From contig JAVKIP010000002.1 in the NCBI GenBank assembly GCA_031459385.1, positions 32,355-96,354 of the forward strand: 64,000 nucleotides of DNA, written 5' to 3'. The notes beneath the pieces were generated by a model. The model was not told where the DNA came from, did no database searches, and worked only from the letters and a program-made list of their open reading frames with translations. Each line of letters begins with the position of its first letter. Positions within the stretch are counted from its first letter, which is position 1. Source of the DNA: Candidatus Fervidifonticultor secundus (GTDB lineage Bacteria > Sysuimicrobiota > Sysuimicrobiia > Sysuimicrobiales > Humicultoraceae). Positions 59,610-64,000 of this stretch are shown piece by piece. A program made the translations under genes and the position numbers.

Positions 59610-60413
59610 ATGCCTGAGCTCCCTGAGGTCGAGACCGCCCGCCGCACGCTGGCCCCGCAGATCCTCGGCCGCCGTATCGAGAGCGTTGCGGTCCACCGCC
59701 CGCCCGCGCTGCGCACCCACCGGCCGGCCGAGGCCGCGCGTCTGCTGCGCGGGCGCATCTTTCGTGACGTGCAGCGGCGCGGGAAAGCGCTGCTGCTGCA
59801 TCTTGACGAAGGCTGGACCCTCGTGTTCCACTACGCGCTGTGGGGCGTGGTCGCGGTGCGGCCTGGCCCTGTCGGCGACGCCATGACCGCCGTGGTGGTC
59901 GGCCTCGACGACGGACGGGTGATCGAGTTTCGCGAGCTCCAGCTGAGCAGCCTGCACCTGGTGCCCACGGCACGCCTCGACGGCGTCTCGTTCCTGGCAG
60001 CGCTCGGTGCCGACCCGCTCGATCGGTCCCTGACGTACCCTCGATTTCGTGAACTCCTGGCCGGGCGGGGGAGCGTGCGGGGTCTGCTGACCGACCAGCG
60101 GCGCCTGGCTGGCATCGGCAACCTCTGGGTGCAGGAGATCCTGTTCGCAGCCGGGCTGCGGCCGACGCGTGCGGCGGCCACCCTCGATGAGGCTGCCTGG
60201 CGGCGGCTCTACCGCGCGATGCGCACCGTGCTGGGCCGCGCCGTCCGCGCCGGGGGGGAGCCTGAGTTCCTCGATGCCACCGGCCGCACAGGACGCGCCC
60301 GGCTCTACGTCTACGGACGCGGCGGGCAGCCCTGCCGCGTCTGCGGCGCGCGCATCGTCGCCAGCAGAGCCGGCGGCCGCCCCGCGTTCTGGTGTCCGCG
60401 GTGCCAGCGGTGA
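59610..60413 (+). CDS. Fpg/Nei-family DNA glycosylase/AP lyase
   Basis: N-terminal PELPEVE, RRGK, H2TH GIGN and C-terminal CxxC..CxxCQ zinc finger. Confidence 0.92.
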   Translation: MPELPEVETARRTLAPQILGRRIESVAVHRPPALRTHRPAEAARLLRGRIFRDVQRRGKALLLHLDEGWTLVFHYALWGVVAVRPGPVGDAMTAVVVGLDDGRVIEFRELQLSSLHLVPTARLDGVSFLAALGADPLDRSLTYPRFRELLAGRGSVRGLLTDQRRLAGIGNLWVQEILFAAGLRPTRAAATLDEAAWRRLYRAMRTVLGRAVRAGGEPEFLDATGRTGRARLYVYGRGGQPCRVCGARIVASRAGGRPAFWCPRCQR

Positions 60414-60453
60414 GGAGGGTGGCGATGGGATCGCGAGTGTGCGGGGTTCGGTG

Positions 60454-60798
60454 ATGCGCCCGCGGATGCCCACGCCCGTGGAGACCGGCAGCGTCGTCGA
60501 GCGGACGTTTCGCGTGACTTGGTCCGACGGCCACCGGTCCGAGTACGCATGGCGGACCCTGCGGATGCGCTGTCCCTGCGCGGCGTGCGCCGGCGAGTGG
60601 CGGTACCGGCCGCCGCCGTTGACCGAAGCCAGCATCCCTGCCGATATTCGCGCGATGAGCGTAGCGCGTGTAGGAAACTACGCGCTGCGCTTCGTCTGGT
60701 CCGACGGCCACGACACCGGCCTCTACACGTTCGCCACGCTCCGTTACGACCTGTGTGAGTGCGCGGAATGTCGGGCGGGGCGCCGGGAGACGCGGTAG
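60454..60798 (+). CDS. DUF971 / GBBH-like N-terminal domain protein
   Basis: WSDGH.S.Y, LR..CPCA.C and VGNYA....WSDGHDTG.Y. Confidence 0.88.
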   Translation: MRPRMPTPVETGSVVERTFRVTWSDGHRSEYAWRTLRMRCPCAACAGEWRYRPPPLTEASIPADIRAMSVARVGNYALRFVWSDGHDTGLYTFATLRYDLCECAECRAGRRETR

Positions 60799-60934
60799 CG
60801 TGGAGGAACGTTGCACGCCGCGCCGCACATGGTGCCCCAGCACACCGCATCCTGCTGCCGGCATCGTGCCGGACCCCGGGCCACTCCCCTGGGCCGGGAT
60901 TCGGGATGTCCACGGACGCCCGTGGCCTGACCTG

Positions 60935-60943
60935 TGCTATACT
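60935..60943 (+). promoter_or_regulatory. Extended -10 promoter for tRNA-Pro
   Basis: TG-c-TATACT 14 nt before the tRNA. Confidence 0.6.
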
Positions 60944-60957
60944 CGCGGCAGAGACGT

Positions 60958-61034
60958 CGGGCCGTAGCGCAGCTTGGTAGCGCGCCTGAATGGGGTTCAG
61001 GAGGTCGGCGGTTCAAGTCCGCCCGGCCCGACCA
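60958..61034 (+). tRNA. tRNA-Pro (anticodon GGG)
   Basis: CGGGCCG/CGGCCCG acceptor, CCTGA-ATGGGGT-TCAGG anticodon arm, GGCGG-TTCAAGT-CCGCC T-arm and ACCA end. Confidence 0.97.
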
Positions 61035-61048
61035 TGTAGCATGCGAGC

Positions 61049-61072
61049 AGAGCGCGGCTTCCGCGCTCTTTT
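61049..61072 (+). terminator. Intrinsic terminator after tRNA-Pro
   Basis: AGAGCGCGG-ctt-CCGCGCTCT followed by a T run. Confidence 0.75.
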
Positions 61073-61162
61073 GCGTTCCCGCCGCGCCCGGGGACCGACA
61101 GGGCCTGGCTGGCACGGCGGGCTGCGGACGGGTGGCGATCAGGGGGCCGGGGACGCCGGTGA

Positions 61163-62167
61163 TCAGACCGGCCCGTCCGCGGCCACGGGCAGCCGCCACT
61201 GGGCCTCCACCGCCGCGGGGGGCAGCGCCGCGAGCACCCGATTCAGCGCCGCGAGCACCCCCACGCCGTCCGCTGCCAGGGCGTGTGCCACCCGGCGCAG
61301 GTCAGGGTAGGCTGCCAGCGGCTGCCACCACACGGCGCGCCCCGCCAGGTATCCGCGCGCGCCGGCTGCCAGGGCGGCCCGCAGGGCCTCCACGAATCGG
61401 TCACCGGGCATGCCGCCGCTCAGCAACACCCACGGCGCGGGGAGGAGCCGCGTGATCTCGCGCATCACCTCGACGAGATCAGCCAGGCTGTAGCGCGCTC
61501 CGCCCCACTCCCGCACGTGCGCGGGGGTGCCGGGCAGGGCCAGCTTGTAGAGGTCGGCACCGTAGCCCGGGTCCGAGAACGCTTGCGCGATCGCCACCGA
61601 CAGACGCGGCAGTGCGTCGGCGTACTCGTCGGGAGACTGGCCGGGCAGCGGGTAGGGAAGCAGCTCGAGCACAAACGGCCGGTCGGAGGCGGCGCAGGCG
61701 TCGCCCACCTCACGGACCAGCCCCTGCTGCGCGCGTGCGACGGCCGGCGGGGCGTCGGGGTGGTAGAAGACCAGCAGCTTCAGCGCCTCGGCGCCCGCGC
61801 GGAGGGCCGCAGCGACGCTCCAGTCGGGAATCAGCCGGCTGATGCGGAACCCCGCGGGCGTGGTCTCCACGCGGTGGTCCTCCAGCGTCAGCAGCAGGCC
61901 GACGCTTCGCGGCAGCACCGGCACGACGCGATGGTAGCCGTATGTGGGATCCACCAGCAGCCCGGTGACGTGCCCCGACAGCGTCTCGGCCAGCAGCCGC
62001 TTCACGTCACCCAGGGCGGCGCTCGCCGCCGGCCCGGTGGTACCCACCGCTCGCGTCACCAGCGGGAGCAACTGCGCGCGCTGATCGATGGCCAGCATCG
62101 CGTAGCGTCCTTCGCCGTCCGAGATGCGGGCCAGGCCGCGAGCCTTCCCTGGGGTCGTGGGTGCCAT
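61163..62167 (-). CDS. LacD/YihT-like class I aldolase (tagatose-bisphosphate / sulfofructose-phosphate aldolase family)
   Basis: MLAIDQR, LLVDP.YG, LKLLVFY.PD, F.LE, DLYKL, WVLLSGG and GYLAGRAVW. Confidence 0.85.
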   Translation of the reverse strand: MAPTTPGKARGLARISDGEGRYAMLAIDQRAQLLPLVTRAVGTTGPAASAALGDVKRLLAETLSGHVTGLLVDPTYGYHRVVPVLPRSVGLLLTLEDHRVETTPAGFRISRLIPDWSVAAALRAGAEALKLLVFYHPDAPPAVARAQQGLVREVGDACAASDRPFVLELLPYPLPGQSPDEYADALPRLSVAIAQAFSDPGYGADLYKLALPGTPAHVREWGGARYSLADLVEVMREITRLLPAPWVLLSGGMPGDRFVEALRAALAAGARGYLAGRAVWWQPLAAYPDLRRVAHALAADGVGVLAALNRVLAALPPAAVEAQWRLPVAADGPV

Positions 62168-62307
62168 GGAATCCTCCGGAGCGTGCCGACGGTCACCCCC
62201 TACCATACCGTGCGCGTTGGCGGGTGTCATATGTCTCCTGGTGCGGGACCTCGGGTGGTAGGCGAGTGCGCCTGCGACCCCGCGCCGGTTGCGCGGCACG
62301 CGCGAGG

Positions 62308-63192
62308 ATGGTAGCATCATTTAAATACAGTACAGCATCCCACATCGTGAGACGTCGGCTATCTCTCAAGTCCCCCCGGCGCGCCGCAGGCTGGCGCGTC
62401 GACGGCACATCCAGCCTGGCCAAGGGCCTGCGGCTGCTGGATGCGTTCTCCCTGGAGCGCCCGGGGCTGACCCTGGCGGACCTCACGGCCGCCTCGGGGT
62501 TGCCCCGCGCCACGGTCCACCGGCTCCTGAGCGCGCTCCGCGGGCTGGGCTACGTACACTACGATCCGCCGACGCGGCAGTTCCGGCTGGGCTACAAGCT
62601 GCTGGAGCGCGGCTACCTCGTCAGCGAGCAGATCGACCTGCGCCCCGTGGCGCGGCCGCACCTGGAGCGCCTGCGCGATGAGACGGGCGAGACCGTGTCC
62701 CTGCAGGTCGTCGACGGCTACGAGGGGGTCTACGTCGAGAAGCTCGAGCCGCTGGCAGGGTTTCGGCTGTGGACGCGGGTGGGCATGCGGCGGCCGCTGC
62801 ACGCCGGATGCTCCATGAAGGTCCTGCTGGCGCACCTGCCGCCCGAGCAGATCGACGAGGTGCTGCAGCAGGGCCTTGCGCGCCTGACGCGGCTGACGAT
62901 CACCGACCCCGAAGCGCTGCGCCGTGACCTGGCCACGATCCGCGCGCAGGGCTACAGCGTGACCTTCGGCGAGTCGCATGACGGCGTGCACGGCGTCGCG
63001 GCGCCGATCCGCGACCACACGGGGCGTGTGGTCGCCAGCGTCAGCGTCCTGGCGCCCGCCGCGCGGATTCCTCGAAGCCGCATCCCGGAGCTCGTCGAGA
63101 AGGTGACGGAGGCCGCCCGGCGGATCTCGCGCGATCTGGGGTACGCCGGCCCGACGACCGGCACGGGCGGCGCTGGCAGGACGCGCCGATGA
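62308..63192 (+). CDS. IclR-family transcriptional regulator
   Basis: SLAKGL.LL, GLPRATVHRLL, TGETV, RAQGYS and GVAAPI. The start may instead be GTG 62347. Confidence 0.92.
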   Translation: MVASFKYSTASHIVRRRLSLKSPRRAAGWRVDGTSSLAKGLRLLDAFSLERPGLTLADLTAASGLPRATVHRLLSALRGLGYVHYDPPTRQFRLGYKLLERGYLVSEQIDLRPVARPHLERLRDETGETVSLQVVDGYEGVYVEKLEPLAGFRLWTRVGMRRPLHAGCSMKVLLAHLPPEQIDEVLQQGLARLTRLTITDPEALRRDLATIRAQGYSVTFGESHDGVHGVAAPIRDHTGRVVASVSVLAPAARIPRSRIPELVEKVTEAARRISRDLGYAGPTTGTGGAGRTRR

Positions 63193-64000
63193 GCCAGGCC
63201 CCGGCCGCGCGCGGCAGCGCGGTGGACTGCCACGCGCACCTGGCGCCGCGGGATGCCCTGGCGCGTCTTGGCTGGCTGCAGGTGGCAGACGGCCAGGTGG
63301 CGGTCCGCGTCGGCGATCGGTGGCAGCCGGTGCCGCGCGCGCTGGTGGAGCCCGATATGCTCGCAGACGACGGCGCCGCCCGGGGCATCGCGGTGCGCGT
63401 GGTGAGCCTGCCGCCGTTCCTCCTACGCCACGACCTGCCGCCCGCCGACGGGGCGGCGTACAGCCGGGCGATGAACAACGGCCTGGCGGCCCTGGCGCAG
63501 GCTGCGGGCGGCCGCCTGCGGGCGCTGGCGACGGTCCCGATGCAGGACCCGGCCGCCGCCGCCGCGGAGCTGCGGCGGGCGCGGGAGGATCTCGGCTGCG
63601 ACGGCGTGACGATCGCCGCCAGCGTGGCCGGCCGCCTCGAACTGGACGACCCGGCCCTCGAGCCGTTCTGGGAGGTCTGTGAGCGCCTGCGGGTGCTGGT
63701 CTTCGTGCACCCACACGATGTGGCCGGCGCCGGCCGCATGCAGCGCTATCACCTGCGCAACCTCGTCGGCAACCCGACCGAGACGGCCCTGGGCGCGGCG
63801 TACCTGATCTTCGGGGGCGTGCTGGATCGTCACCCCGGGCTGGTGGTGCTGCTTGCCCACGGCGGAGGCGCCCTGCCGTGGCTGGTCGGGCGCCTCGACC
63901 GTGGCGTCGATGTGCGTCCGGAGTGCAGGGGCATGGTCACTCCACCCAGCCAGCAGGCGCGGCGGTTCCTGTACGACACGGTGGTCTTCAGCCCGCAGAT
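63189..64000 (+). CDS. Amidohydrolase_2 family (ACMSD-like decarboxylase/hydratase), 3' truncated by window end
   Basis: Hand translation: MSQAP..VDCHAH, N..LA, VPMQDP..A..EL.R, FVHP, AHGGG.LP...GRLD and YDT. Confidence 0.85.
   Translation, partial: MSQAPAARGSAVDCHAHLAPRDALARLGWLQVADGQVAVRVGDRWQPVPRALVEPDMLADDGAARGIAVRVVSLPPFLLRHDLPPADGAAYSRAMNNGLAALAQAAGGRLRALATVPMQDPAAAAAELRRAREDLGCDGVTIAASVAGRLELDDPALEPFWEVCERLRVLVFVHPHDVAGAGRMQRYHLRNLVGNPTETALGAAYLIFGGVLDRHPGLVVLLAHGGGALPWLVGRLDRGVDVRPECRGMVTPPSQQARRFLYDTVVFSPQ

Noticed and set aside
60958..61160. tRNA-Pro as an integration site (attL) for a genomic island
   Set aside because: No integrase and no duplicated tRNA 3' end is visible, and the downstream genes have host-like composition. 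An attR beyond the window cannot be excluded.

Overview
Very GC-rich bacterial chromosomal window, almost all housekeeping and metabolic genes. I saw no integrase, transposase, prophage or CRISPR array. The mix of Firmicutes-like gene order, a T-box and sigmaH-like promoters suggests a Terrabacteria lineage, possibly Armatimonadota/CSP1-3-like (inference only). Gene order: cutA(partial)-surE, ftsEX-M23 peptidase-ctpA-divergent deacetylase, Glu/Leu/Phe/Val dehydrogenase, livKHMGF, a two-component system, kbl-moeA-moaC-mog, an ArnT-like glycosyltransferase, ilvE-leuS-comEA, ECF sigma/anti-sigma/RseB-like, pdaD-speE-speB, a rearranged acyl-CoA-ligase/ABC cluster, lysA-M50-scpAB-dac-cmk-plsC, a glycerophosphodiester/G3P module, ispH-der-fpg, tRNA-Pro and a LacD-like/IclR/amidohydrolase locus. 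The standout feature is a complete Leu-specifier (CUC) transcriptional T-box riboswitch upstream of ilvE-leuS that carries an intact, CCA-ending tRNA-Ala(GGC) gene inside the loop of its Stem III, between the specifier domain and the antiterminator. A second pattern is a recurrent sigmaH-like AGG(A/G)-N17/18-GAA motif in about nine correctly oriented intergenic regions.
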